A DNA stretch of 64,000 bases from an uncultured bacterium (lineage in GTDB: Bacteria > Actinomycetota > Coriobacteriia > Coriobacteriales > Coriobacteriaceae), in the NCBI GenBank assembly GCA_905214425.1, contig CAJMLY010000008.1, positions 3,197-67,196 on the forward strand, written 5' to 3'. The notes beneath the pieces are model-generated. The model made no database searches, had not been told where the DNA came from, and was given only the letters and a program-made list of their open reading frames with translations. The first letter of the stretch is position 1, and the number at the start of each line of letters is the position of its first letter. The translations under genes were made by a program, and so were the position numbers. This document shows, piece by piece, positions 27,742 through 36,428 of this stretch.

Positions 27742-28578
27742 CTACTCCCCCGCCTTAAGGCTCGCACCGTGCACGGCGTCGGCGCACTCGGGCTGCTCAT
27801 AGTCGATCAGCTCGGTGATGGTCGGATGCTCGCCGCAAATGGCGCAATTGGGGTCTGCCGGCGGCAGCTTGATGGTATGGAAATCGCCCGCCAGCGCATC
27901 GTAGGTGAGCAGCTTGCCGGTCAGCAGGTTGCCGATGCCCAAGATGTACTTGATGGCCTCGAGCGCCTCCAGGCAGCCAATGACACCCGCCATGGCGCCG
28001 ATGACGCCCGCCTGCTTGCACGTGGGCACGGCGTCCTTGGGCGGCATGGTCTTAAAGACGCAGCGGTAGCACGGACCCTCGCCCGGCACATAGGTCATGA
28101 GCTGGCCCTTAAAGCGGATGATGCCCGCGTGCACAAAGGGCTTCTTGGCCATAACGCAGGCGTCGTTGATGAGAAACTTCGTGGGAAAGTTATCCACGCC
28201 GTCGATCACAAAGTCGTAGTCGGCGATCAGGTCGGCGATGTTGGTGGAGTCGACAAACTCCTGGTAGGTGTTGACCGTGACGTCGGGGTTGATGTCCTCC
28301 ATCGTCTCCTTGGCGCTTTCCACCTTAGGCTCGCCAATGTTGGACGTGGCATGGATCACCTGACGCTGCAGGTTGGAAAGATCGACCTCGTCGGCATCGA
28401 CAATACCGATGGTGCCCACGCCGGCAGCAGCCAGGTACAGGGCCGCCGGTGCGCCCAGGCCGCCGGCGCCAATGATAAGGACGCGGGCATTCAGGAGCTT
28501 CTTTTGCCCCTTGACGCCAACCTCCTTCAAGATGATGTGGCGCGAATAGCGCTCAAGCTGTTCATTCGAAAAAGCCAT
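27742..28578 (-). CDS. ThiF/MoeB/HcyF-type E1-like adenylyltransferase (no rhodanese domain)
   Basis: RYSRHIILKEVGVKGQKKL...VLIIGAGGLGAPAALYLAAAGVG (ATP loop), DLSNLQRQ, and Zn Cys pairs CYRC...CAIC. Confidence 0.9.
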   Translation of the reverse strand: MAFSNEQLERYSRHIILKEVGVKGQKKLLNARVLIIGAGGLGAPAALYLAAAGVGTIGIVDADEVDLSNLQRQVIHATSNIGEPKVESAKETMEDINPDVTVNTYQEFVDSTNIADLIADYDFVIDGVDNFPTKFLINDACVMAKKPFVHAGIIRFKGQLMTYVPGEGPCYRCVFKTMPPKDAVPTCKQAGVIGAMAGVIGCLEALEAIKYILGIGNLLTGKLLTYDALAGDFHTIKLPPADPNCAICGEHPTITELIDYEQPECADAVHGASLKAGE

Positions 28579-28723
28579 GCGATAGCTCCCTTAAAACTTG
28601 AAGAGAAACGGGGATCGGCTAAAAATGTTTCAGGTGCCGCAGGTTGCCGCGAAAGAGGAGCGCCGCGTACTAAATGTACGCAAGCGACGGCTTGAGGGCC
28701 AAGGTGCGGTGCCTGGAGCATTT

Positions 28724-28933
28724 TTAGCAGCAGCCACCGCCCATGAAGTAGAGAAACTCAACCGTGTCGCCATCGTTGAGCACGCGGCTGTCGAAGTCCT
28801 TGTGGTCCACGAACTCATCGTTGACCGACACGGTCACGTACTCGGGCGTCTCGACGTTCTCGGCCGCCACGAGCTGCGTCACGGTCAGGCCCTCGTCGTA
28901 TTCTTTCTGCTTGCCGCCGACATTGATCTTCAT
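28724..28933 (-). CDS. ThiS/MoaD-family sulfur-carrier protein with a C-terminal GG followed by extra residues (…FMGGGCC)
   Basis: 69 aa, MKINVGGKQKEY...GDTVEFLYFMGGGCC, with beta-grasp length and pattern. ATG 28933 lies 9 nt after GGAAGG. The residues after the Gly-Gly imply proteolytic maturation. Confidence 0.85.
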   Translation of the reverse strand: MKINVGGKQKEYDEGLTVTQLVAAENVETPEYVTVSVNDEFVDHKDFDSRVLNDGDTVEFLYFMGGGCC

Positions 28934-28998
28934 GATTGGCATCCTTCCTACGAAGTAATTACGTATCCGAGCCCTCGCAGACCCGCTCAGACAGGGCC

Positions 28999-29319
28999 CT
29001 AGGCGAGTGCCCCATCGATAAACTCCTCGAGCTCTTTGAGCGCCTTAAAGCCCACCGTGCGACCGGCCTCCTTGCCGCCCTGGAACAGCACGAGCGTGGG
29101 CGCCGCCATGACGCCGTTGTCAACGGCCACCTGCGTGTCGAAGTTGATATTGACCTTCACCACGTCGAGTTCGCCGGCGCGGGCCTCCTCCAGCTTGGCA
29201 AGCTGCGGGTTTAAGCGCTTGCACGGAATGCAGGTATCCGAATAAAAATCCACGAGCACCGGCTTGTGCGCCTTGAGCACACGTTCCTCAAACGAAGCGG
29301 CGTCGATTCTCTCTGCCAT
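28999..29319 (-). CDS. Thioredoxin
   Basis: 106 aa. VLVDFYSDTCIPCKRL carries the CxxC active site. ...APTLVLFQGG. Confidence 0.9.
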   Translation of the reverse strand: MAERIDAASFEERVLKAHKPVLVDFYSDTCIPCKRLNPQLAKLEEARAGELDVVKVNINFDTQVAVDNGVMAAPTLVLFQGGKEAGRTVGFKALKELEEFIDGALA

Positions 29320-29330
29320 CGTCAGTCTCC

Positions 29331-29585
29331 TTACTCGTCCACGAGTTTCTTAACGTACAGGTCAAACGTGCCCTCGTCCGACGGCGCCAGGCGCAGTACC
29401 TGCTGGCCGTCATCCTTAAGCGAGCGCGGCACGTTTTGCATGGGCTCGCCCTCGTTGAGGTGCACTTTGAGCACCTGGCCGATCTCGAGCTCCTCGATGG
29501 CGGCCTTCGCGCGCACAAACGTCATGGGGCAGACGGCGTCGGTGATATCGACCTCGTCGTCAAATGCAATCTCTTCCTGGGCCAT
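29331..29585 (-). CDS. TusA/SirA-like sulfurtransferase
   Basis: The DITDAVCPMTFVRAKAAIEEL conserved Cys-Pro motif sits at the N-terminus of helix 1. ATG 29585 follows GGAAGGAGG. Confidence 0.8.
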   Translation of the reverse strand: MAQEEIAFDDEVDITDAVCPMTFVRAKAAIEELEIGQVLKVHLNEGEPMQNVPRSLKDDGQQVLRLAPSDEGTFDLYVKKLVDE

Positions 29586-29633
29586 GGAGGCCTCCTTCCT
29601 TAGACGGCATGGGTGCAACCCCGCCGCGTCAAC

Positions 29634-30548
29634 TTATTTATCGGTGCCGACCAGCGGCTTGATGGGCTCGCCCGGCTTGGGCGCATGCTCGTTGTAGGCA
29701 GCGGTCACGGCCTCGACCATGCCCTCCCAGCCCTCGCGATCGAGCGTGAACTTAAAGCGATCGCCGGCCTTGGCGTGGTCGTCGAACCACTGGATCGCGG
29801 CATCCGCCACGGCGATGAGCTGCTCGTCGCTCTCGATGGGCGGAAGGAACGACTTGGCCTTGGTAATGTGGTTGCCAAACAGGCCGCCAAAGCACACGTT
29901 GTAGACCGGCTGGGTCTCCCAAGCGTCGACCGGGCACTTCTGCGAGCACTTGCCGCAGCTCGCGCACTTGTCGTAGTCCACCGTGAGCGTCTCGCCGTCG
30001 TCGCTGATGGCGCCAAACGAGCATACCTTGGAGCAGATGCCGCAGTGGATGCACGCGTCGGGAACCCAGGTGACCTTGCGGCCGCCCTTGATGCCCATAT
30101 CGTTCTCCTCGGCCTTCAGGCAGTTGTTTTGGCAACCGGTCACGCCGAATTTAAACTTACCGGGCAGGTCGCGGCCAAAATAGCGCTCGTCGAGCTCGTT
30201 GGCGACGGCAAAGCTGTCGATGTTACCCGAAGGACACGACACGCAGCCCTGGCAGCCCGTCACCGTGCGGACGCGCGCGCCGCAGCAACCCGGCTCCACG
30301 CCGCCCTGGGCGAGCACGGCCTTGACCTCCTCGGCATCCTCCACGTTGATCCAGGGGATCTCGATAGACTGGCGACTTGTATTGTGAATATAGCCGTGAC
30401 CGTACTTCTCGGCCACCTCAGCCACGACACGCAGCTGCTCGGCCGTCATATGCCCGGCCACCACGCGCAGGCGAAGGCTGTAGTATCCCTTCTGCTTCTG
30501 GGCCATAAAACCGCCCTTTTTGAGTGCGGCATTGTTGATCTTTGCCAT
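29634..30548 (-). CDS. Small nitrite/sulfite-reductase-family protein with ferredoxin insert (assimilatory-type low-MW sulfite reductase / AsrC-like)
   Basis: Siroheme-[4Fe-4S] Cys motifs (TGCQGCVSC ... GVTGCQNNC) plus two ferredoxin clusters (CIHCGICSKVC, CASCGKCSQKCP). Confidence 0.8.
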   Translation of the reverse strand: MAKINNAALKKGGFMAQKQKGYYSLRLRVVAGHMTAEQLRVVAEVAEKYGHGYIHNTSRQSIEIPWINVEDAEEVKAVLAQGGVEPGCCGARVRTVTGCQGCVSCPSGNIDSFAVANELDERYFGRDLPGKFKFGVTGCQNNCLKAEENDMGIKGGRKVTWVPDACIHCGICSKVCSFGAISDDGETLTVDYDKCASCGKCSQKCPVDAWETQPVYNVCFGGLFGNHITKAKSFLPPIESDEQLIAVADAAIQWFDDHAKAGDRFKFTLDREGWEGMVEAVTAAYNEHAPKPGEPIKPLVGTDK

Positions 30549-30561
30549 ACCAGTTCCCCTT

Positions 30562-31836
30562 CTATGATTGATCGGCGGCGGTGAGCGATTGCTCGAAATC
30601 CTCGATAAGGTCGGCGAGGTCCTCGATCCCGATCGATAGGCGAATCGTATCGGGCCACACGCCTGCCGCCTGTTGCTCCTGCGGCGAATTGTCGGCGAAA
30701 ACAGTTGTCGCAGGATGCGTGATGAGCGTCTTGGTGTCGCCGATGTTGCTTACGCGCAGCGGCAACTTGACGCCGTTGATAACCTTGAACGCGCGCTCCT
30801 GGGAGCCCACGCGGATCGACATGAGCGCGCCAAAGCCGCGGCCGCCAAACTGACGCGCACCCAAGTCATGACCTGGGTGCGAGGGCAGACCCGGATAGTC
30901 GACCTCGACATCGTGGCCGCTCGACGCGAACCATTCGGCAAGGCCTTGGGCGTTCGCACAGGCGCGCTCCATGCGCAGAGCGAGCGTCTCGATGCCCGTA
31001 CAGTTGAGAAACGCGTTTTGCGGCGACAGGCACGCGCCGGTATCGCGGAACAGTCCCTGGCGCAGCTTGACCGTATAGGCCATGTTGCGAAACTTGGCCC
31101 ACTTGGCCATGGACGGATAGCGCTGCGGATCCCACGGACCGCGACCCGAATCGATCACCACGCCGCTGATGGCATTGCTGTGACCGTTGATGTACTTGCT
31201 CGAGGACTCAACGACCACGTCGGCACCCAGGTCGAGCGGGCGGCACAGATACGGCGTCGCCACGGTGTTGTCGACCACCAGGCCAATGCCGTGCACGTGG
31301 GCGACCTCGGCAATAGCGGCGATATCGAGCACTTCGAGCTTGGGATTCGAGATGGTCTCGGCAAAGACGAGCTTGGTGCGCTCGTCAATCGCCTGCTCCA
31401 GCGTTTCCGGTGTCAGCTCGGGAACATAGACGGTCTCGATACCGAAGTCGCGCAGACTTTCGAACAGCTCGAGCGTGCCGCCGTACAGGCAGGCACCCGC
31501 CACGATCTTGTCCCCCGCGCGCAGCACGTTGGAGACGGCGTTGAAGATCGCCGCCATGCCCGAGGCGGTGGCGACGGCCGCAAAGCCGCCCTCCAGCGCC
31601 GCCATGCGACGCTCGAACGCCGCAACGGTGGGGTTGCCCAGGCGCGTATACACGTAGCCCGGAGCACGGCCGCCTGCCACCGCGGCGTGACGCTCCTCCT
31701 CATCGAACGCATAGGCGCTCGTCTGGTAGATCGGCGGCGTCGTCGACTCCACGGCGAACGGCTCGCGGCGGCGCGCGTGGAGTAGCGCCGTCTCAAAGCG
31801 CATGCCGTCGATGCGCTCGTCGCTCGGTTCGGTCAT
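30562..31836 (-). CDS. metY: O-acetylhomoserine sulfhydrylase-type PLP enzyme (Cys/Met metabolism family)
   Basis: FETALLHA..., YTRLGNPT, and ESSSKYINGH (PLP-Lys region) are characteristic of MetY/CysD. The start is uncertain: ATG 31836 is preferred, and the track ORF begins at 31902. Confidence 0.85.
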   Translation of the reverse strand: MTEPSDERIDGMRFETALLHARRREPFAVESTTPPIYQTSAYAFDEEERHAAVAGGRAPGYVYTRLGNPTVAAFERRMAALEGGFAAVATASGMAAIFNAVSNVLRAGDKIVAGACLYGGTLELFESLRDFGIETVYVPELTPETLEQAIDERTKLVFAETISNPKLEVLDIAAIAEVAHVHGIGLVVDNTVATPYLCRPLDLGADVVVESSSKYINGHSNAISGVVIDSGRGPWDPQRYPSMAKWAKFRNMAYTVKLRQGLFRDTGACLSPQNAFLNCTGIETLALRMERACANAQGLAEWFASSGHDVEVDYPGLPSHPGHDLGARQFGGRGFGALMSIRVGSQERAFKVINGVKLPLRVSNIGDTKTLITHPATTVFADNSPQEQQAAGVWPDTIRLSIGIEDLADLIEDFEQSLTAADQS

Positions 31837-31911
31837 CCTCAATCGCTCCCTCATTGTGCGAACAATTTGCTTGGCGCACCATTCTGCTACAAATCCTACC
31901 AACCGTATAGG

Positions 31912-32685
31912 TTAAATAACGTATTCGGGTCCCTTTTGTTTCGACTTGATGAAATGGTCGTACACACGTTTCTTGTACCAGGCAAAGTCGGCGCTGCCGC
32001 GGTCGCGCGGGCGGCCCAGCTGCACCTCGACGATCTCCTCGATCTTGCCGGGTCGGCTCGACATGACCACGATACGGTCGGCCAGGTACACAGCCTCCTC
32101 GATATCGTGGGTCACCATGGCCATAGTGCCGCCCTGCTCGGCGTGGATGCGCAGCAGCTCCTCCTGCAGCTCCATCTTGGTAAAGGCATCGAGCGCGCCA
32201 AAGGGCTCGTCGAGCAGCAAAATCTCGGGATTAGTCGCCAAGGCGCGGGCGATGGCGGCGCGCTGCGACATGCCGCCCGAAAGCTGTGCCGGGTACGCGT
32301 CCGCGAACTCTTCCAGGTCGACGGTCTTGAGCAGGCGGCTCGAGATCTGGGAGCGCTCGAAATCGGAATGTCCGCGCAGGCCAAACTCAATGTTGTCGCG
32401 GATGCTCATCCAGGGAAACAGGCGGTGCTCCTGAAAGATCATGGTTCGGTCGGGGCCGGGGCCGGTCACAGGCTTGCCGTCGAGCGCGACGGTACCCGTC
32501 GTGGGATGCTCGAGTCCGGCGATGATCTTGAGCAGCGTGGACTTGCCGCAGCCGGAGTGGCCCACGATCACCAAAAACTCGCCGGCGCGGATATCAAGGT
32601 CGATATGGTCGAGCACGTGGCGCGTCTCGCCCTTGATGGAAAAGTCCTTGTTAAGGTCTGCAATCGAAAGCTCGTGAGACATCAT
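31912..32685 (-). CDS. ABC ATP-binding protein, NitT/TauT (SsuB/TauB) family
   Basis: GHSGCGKSTLL, LSGGMSQRAAIARAL, LLLDEPFGALD. Confidence 0.9.
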   Translation of the reverse strand: MMSHELSIADLNKDFSIKGETRHVLDHIDLDIRAGEFLVIVGHSGCGKSTLLKIIAGLEHPTTGTVALDGKPVTGPGPDRTMIFQEHRLFPWMSIRDNIEFGLRGHSDFERSQISSRLLKTVDLEEFADAYPAQLSGGMSQRAAIARALATNPEILLLDEPFGALDAFTKMELQEELLRIHAEQGGTMAMVTHDIEEAVYLADRIVVMSSRPGKIEEIVEVQLGRPRDRGSADFAWYKKRVYDHFIKSKQKGPEYVI

Positions 32686-32691
32686 GCCCTC

Positions 32692-34749
32692 CTAGTTCTT
32701 CTTCTGCTGCCAGGGCGTGGCGATCTTGGCGATCACGCCGAGCACCATATCCATCAGGACGCCGGCGACGGCGATGACGATGATGCCGGCAAAGACAATG
32801 GAGTAATCCATAAGTGTGCGGGCGTCGTTGATCCTAAAGCCGATGCCCGAGCTCGCGGCGATCATCTCGGAGCCGACGACGGCCATCCAGGCTATGCCGA
32901 GGGCGAGTTTGAGGCCCACAAAGATCGAGGGCAGGGCGCTCGGCAGATAGATCTGGCGGAACATCTGCCAACCCGGGAGGCGATACATGCGACCGACCTC
33001 CACGAGCTTGGGATCGCAGCGCTCGATACCGTCGATAGTGTTGACCAGCACGGGGAAGAAGCTCGCCAAGAAGATGACCGCGACCTTGGACTCCTCGCCA
33101 ATGCCAAACCAGATCACCAGCAGCGGCACCCAGGCCATCATCGGAATCTGGCGCACGGCCTTAAAGGCGAGCGAGAAGAACTTGTGGGCCGAGGCGCTCA
33201 TGCCCATGACCACACCAAAGAAGATACCGGCGACCACGGCGATGGCATAGCCCTCGAGGATGCGAACCACACTGATGGCAAGGTCGCCCTTAAAGGTGCC
33301 GGTCGTGAGTTGCTGCGCGAGCGTCGACACGACCGAGGAGATCGTGGGCAGCACCACCGTGGAGAGGAGGCCCGTACTGGTAGCCACATGCCAAGTGACA
33401 AGCACCCACAGCGGCAAAATGAGCGCAAACAGCGTGTCGACAATACGAACGGCAGGTGCCGGGTCGGCGGCGGAACCGTTGGAGCCCAAGCGGCGACGCA
33501 GGTTACGGCGAGCGACGACGATGCCAACCGTGATGACCGCCGCGACTATGACCACCGGAAGCGCACCGATCAGGCCTTGGATAACCTCGGCCTGCTTGCG
33601 GGCCGCGCGGTCCTCGGGACTCGCCACGCTCGCGGCAATCGCGCTCGTCGCGAGCTTGGTGCCGTCCGTGCCCTTGCCGTCCGATCCAAATTCCTCAATC
33701 GCCTGCTTCAGGGCGCTCGAATCCGTCCAGGCTTCGATATCGACCTCGCTTTGGATGATCTTGTTATCGAGCTCAAACTGCTGGATGTTTTTCATGGCGG
33801 CGAGCATGTCGTCCGAAAGCGATGCGGGACGAAGGGTCTTCTGGTCGGCCACGTTTTGCGCCTTGATGACCTCGATGGGGTTGCCCGATTTCTTGGACGA
33901 GAGCTTTATAAAGCCCTCCGGGTCGGCAATGACGTCAGCACGCGCCTTGAGCAGCGCTTTGAGAATTGCCACCGACACATCCTGGTGGTCTTTGGCATAT
34001 GCTGTGCGACCAATCAGAACCGTGGGCTCAAAATACGTGGAGGAATCGGCCTTGGCGCCATCGTGCAGGACCTTGACCAGACCTTCATTGGCAAGCTGCG
34101 TCTCTTGTCCGCCGCTCACCACCGCAGCATCCACACCGCCCGAAGCAAGCGTCGACAAGCCGTCGGGAAGCGAGGCATTGACTGGCACGATGTCATCAAA
34201 GGTGAGCCCTGCCTCAGCCAGCACACGCACCAGGTACATCTGCGGCGTGGCACCGCGCATGTAGGCAACCTTTTTGCCCTTCAGGTCTTTGAGGCTCTTA
34301 ATGCCCGAGCTCTTAGAGACGACGAGACGCCAGCCCGAACCAAAATCAGTCACGGCGAGCAGCGTGGTGTCGACGCCCTTCGACTTGCCGAGAATGCCCG
34401 CAAAACCCGCGTAATCGACGTAGTCGAGGTCACCGGAGCTCAGGGCCTCATGAAGCGCGGGCGCCGCACCGACAAATCCCGTCACCTCGGCTTTGTATCC
34501 GAGCGGCTCCAGATACTCATCGAGATAGCCCTTGGTTTCGGCCACGCCGAGCAGACCGCTTGCAAAGTTATTGCCGCTCGAGGGAAAGCCGATGCGAACC
34601 GTCTTGGTCGGTGCATCAGCCGCCTTGGCCTGAACGGGCAGTGCGACAAAAGCTGTCGCCACGACAGCCAGCACGAACAGGAACGCGCACATGCGGCGCT
34701 TCCAATCGACGCTGCGTACACCCCTTGTAATCGTGTCCTGCGATGTCAT
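32692..34749 (-). CDS. Fused substrate-binding protein + permease of a sulfonate/taurine/nitrate-type ABC importer
   Basis: The N-terminal half has a signal/anchor segment then an SsuA/TauA-like SBP (KTVRIGFPSSGNNFASG...). The C-terminal 260 aa is a BPD_transp_1 permease (6 TM, EAA-like loop GSEMIAASSGIGFRI). ATG 34749 follows GGGGAAGGGG. The track start is 34791. Confidence 0.8.
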   Translation of the reverse strand: MTSQDTITRGVRSVDWKRRMCAFLFVLAVVATAFVALPVQAKAADAPTKTVRIGFPSSGNNFASGLLGVAETKGYLDEYLEPLGYKAEVTGFVGAAPALHEALSSGDLDYVDYAGFAGILGKSKGVDTTLLAVTDFGSGWRLVVSKSSGIKSLKDLKGKKVAYMRGATPQMYLVRVLAEAGLTFDDIVPVNASLPDGLSTLASGGVDAAVVSGGQETQLANEGLVKVLHDGAKADSSTYFEPTVLIGRTAYAKDHQDVSVAILKALLKARADVIADPEGFIKLSSKKSGNPIEVIKAQNVADQKTLRPASLSDDMLAAMKNIQQFELDNKIIQSEVDIEAWTDSSALKQAIEEFGSDGKGTDGTKLATSAIAASVASPEDRAARKQAEVIQGLIGALPVVIVAAVITVGIVVARRNLRRRLGSNGSAADPAPAVRIVDTLFALILPLWVLVTWHVATSTGLLSTVVLPTISSVVSTLAQQLTTGTFKGDLAISVVRILEGYAIAVVAGIFFGVVMGMSASAHKFFSLAFKAVRQIPMMAWVPLLVIWFGIGEESKVAVIFLASFFPVLVNTIDGIERCDPKLVEVGRMYRLPGWQMFRQIYLPSALPSIFVGLKLALGIAWMAVVGSEMIAASSGIGFRINDARTLMDYSIVFAGIIVIAVAGVLMDMVLGVIAKIATPWQQKKN

Positions 34750-34915
34750 AAGCAATGCCCCTTCCCCAGCACGGGCGCGGCGGATCCGCATTCCCTTCGT
34801 TGCTTAGGTTCGGCATTATATCCGTTTATCCTACTAGGTTTATAGGGAATATAACCTGACACCTCTATCAGAACAGCGCAACCGGCTATCGCAATTCCAG
34901 ATACCCCGGCACACC

Positions 34916-34941
34916 AATTGATCCCTTGGGGACGGAGGAAA
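34916..34941. repeat. Family C repeat, isolated half-arm
   Basis: TTGATCCCTTGGGGACGGAGGAAAA matches the arm of the 18931 and 47168 hairpins. No partner arm is present, and the half-arm abuts a terminator. Confidence 0.6.
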
Positions 34942-34972
34942 AGGGCCCCGGCCGAAAATTCGACCGGGGCCC
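34937..34972 (-). terminator. Intrinsic terminator downstream of rubredoxin
   Basis: On the minus strand, GGGCCCCGG-tcgaattttcgg-CCGGGGCCC is followed by TTTTCCTC. Confidence 0.7.
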
Positions 34973-35014
34973 TTGGACAGAGCTATATGTTGCTGCAAGT
35001 CGTGTGTCTATGAG

Positions 35015-35158
35015 CTACTCCTCGACGAGCTCAAACTGATCGGGACCGACGCCGCACACCGGGCACACATAATCCTCGGGCAGCTCGGGCGTATCGACCT
35101 CAACCTCGTAACCGCAAACGACGCACACAAACTTATACGTCTTCTTTTCCTCAGCCAT
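35015..35158 (-). CDS. Rubredoxin
   Basis: [20 protein letters not shown]...[13 protein letters not shown] has two CxxC pairs. ATG 35158 follows GAGGAG. Confidence 0.9.
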   Translation of the reverse strand: MAEEKKTYKFVCVVCGYEVEVDTPELPEDYVCPVCGVGPDQFELVEE

Positions 35159-35202
35159 GATGTTCTCCTCTCGAACGCGACTGGTGATGTACTTCATTTA
35201 TT

Positions 35203-35230
35203 AGTATAAATTCTCAATAATATAATGCAA
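35203..35230 (-). promoter_or_regulatory. Candidate sigma70-type promoter for rubredoxin in a strikingly AT-rich 50-nt island
   Basis: On the minus strand: TTGCAT (35225-35230), 16 nt, then TATACT (35203-35208). The surrounding 35198-35247 is almost pure A/T in an otherwise GC-rich window. Confidence 0.35.
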
Positions 35231-35247
35231 GTTTTTTTAAAACATTT

Positions 35248-35751
35248 CTAGCCTTGATACGATGAAGCCTTAGGCGGCGTCTTGCCCTTCAAGACCTTGT
35301 GATAGTAGTCGTACGTCAGCGGCGTCTCGTCGCTCAGGCGCTCGGCATCCTCGACCTCGCCGATAAACAGTAGATGCGTGCCCACATCCACAGTGTCGAT
35401 CAAACGGCAGCTAAACAGGGCTGCCGCGTGCTCGGGCACATAGGGCATGCCCAGAGCCGTCTCGCGGGTCTCGTATTTGGCAAACTTGTCATAATCGCTG
35501 CTGGTGCGGAACCCAAAGTTACCGATGTAGAGCATGTCGGCGGTTTGATCGATCACGGTCAACGCGAACGCTTTGGCCGATGCGATGACGCCCGAGGTAA
35601 CGTTGTCCTTGTTCACGGCAACCGAAATTCGCGGCGGCATGGACGTCACCTGCACCGCCGTGTTGATGACGCAGCCGGCGCGCAGCCCGTCTGCCGCGGC
35701 GCTCACCACGTACAGACCGCTCGGCATGGTAAAGAACGCAGTTGTGTCCAT
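35248..35751 (-). CDS. Flavin reductase-like FMN-binding domain protein
   Basis: MDTTAFFTMPSGLYVVSA...GCVINTAVQVTS.PPRISVAVNK...THLLFIGEV is the Flavin_Reduct fold. It is adjacent to rubredoxin, a pairing found fused in high-molecular-weight rubredoxins. ATG 35751 follows GGGGAG. Confidence 0.8.
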   Translation of the reverse strand: MDTTAFFTMPSGLYVVSAAADGLRAGCVINTAVQVTSMPPRISVAVNKDNVTSGVIASAKAFALTVIDQTADMLYIGNFGFRTSSDYDKFAKYETRETALGMPYVPEHAAALFSCRLIDTVDVGTHLLFIGEVEDAERLSDETPLTYDYYHKVLKGKTPPKASSYQG

Positions 35752-35878
35752 AACGATCACTCCCCTAACCCGGGCTGAAACCACATAGATGTATGTACCC
35801 ACAAAAAAGGCAATGCCCATAACGGACGCCGCCCCGTACACATATGTGCCAAATCAGTAAGCAAGATGAGCCGCCCGC

Positions 35879-35945
35879 AGTTGCGGTGAAATAGGGACTG
35901 AATAGCCCCTCAAACAGGCAAAACAGTCCGTATTCCACCGCAACT
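35879..35945. repeat. Family B hairpin repeat, copy 2
   Basis: AGTTGCGGTGAAATAGGGACTG (35879-35900) pairs with CAGTCCGTATTCCACCGCAACT (35924-35945). Confidence 0.85.
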
Positions 35946-35957
35946 TATACAGAGCGC

Positions 35958-36428
35958 CTAGCGGTTGCGCTCCTTGAGGGCGCGGTCAATCTCGCGCTGG
36001 ACATCGCGCTTGGCCATATCCTCGCGCTTGTCGTAAAGCTTCTTGCCGCGGCCTAGGCCCAGCAGCAGCTTTACGCGACCGTCGGTATTAAAGTAGAGCT
36101 CCAGCGGCACCAGGGCATAGCCGCGATTACGTAGCTTACCGTCGAGAAAGTCAATCTCCTTGCGGTGCAGCAGCAGACGACGGCGGCGATCAGGGTCGCG
36201 GTTCCACACGCCACCATGGCTATAAGGGTGAATATGCAGGCCCACGAGCCAGCACTCGCCGCCACGAATCAGCGCAAAGGTGTCGGTGATCTGGCACGCG
36301 CGCTCGCGAATCGACTTGACCTCGGTGCCACTCAGCTCAATGCCGCACTCAAAGGTCTCATCGATAAAATACTCGTGGTGTGCCGAGCGATTCTTGGAGA
36401 TGAGCTTGCGCTCGCGCTTACTGGGCAT
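35958..36428 (-). CDS. smpB: SsrA-binding protein
   Basis: ISKNRSAHHEYFIDETFECGIELSGTEVKSIR...LHRKEI...GYALVPLELYF...KLLLGLGRGKK. ATG 36428 overlaps the stop of the upstream gene. Confidence 0.95.
   Translation of the reverse strand: MPSKRERKLISKNRSAHHEYFIDETFECGIELSGTEVKSIRERACQITDTFALIRGGECWLVGLHIHPYSHGGVWNRDPDRRRRLLLHRKEIDFLDGKLRNRGYALVPLELYFNTDGRVKLLLGLGRGKKLYDKREDMAKRDVQREIDRALKERNR

Noticed and set aside
35842-35957. tmRNA (ssrA) expected next to smpB
   Set aside because: The flanking intergenic DNA contains only the Family B hairpin. There is no tRNA-like acceptor/T-arm (GGTTCGA..CCACCA) and no tag-peptide reading frame. ssrA must lie elsewhere.
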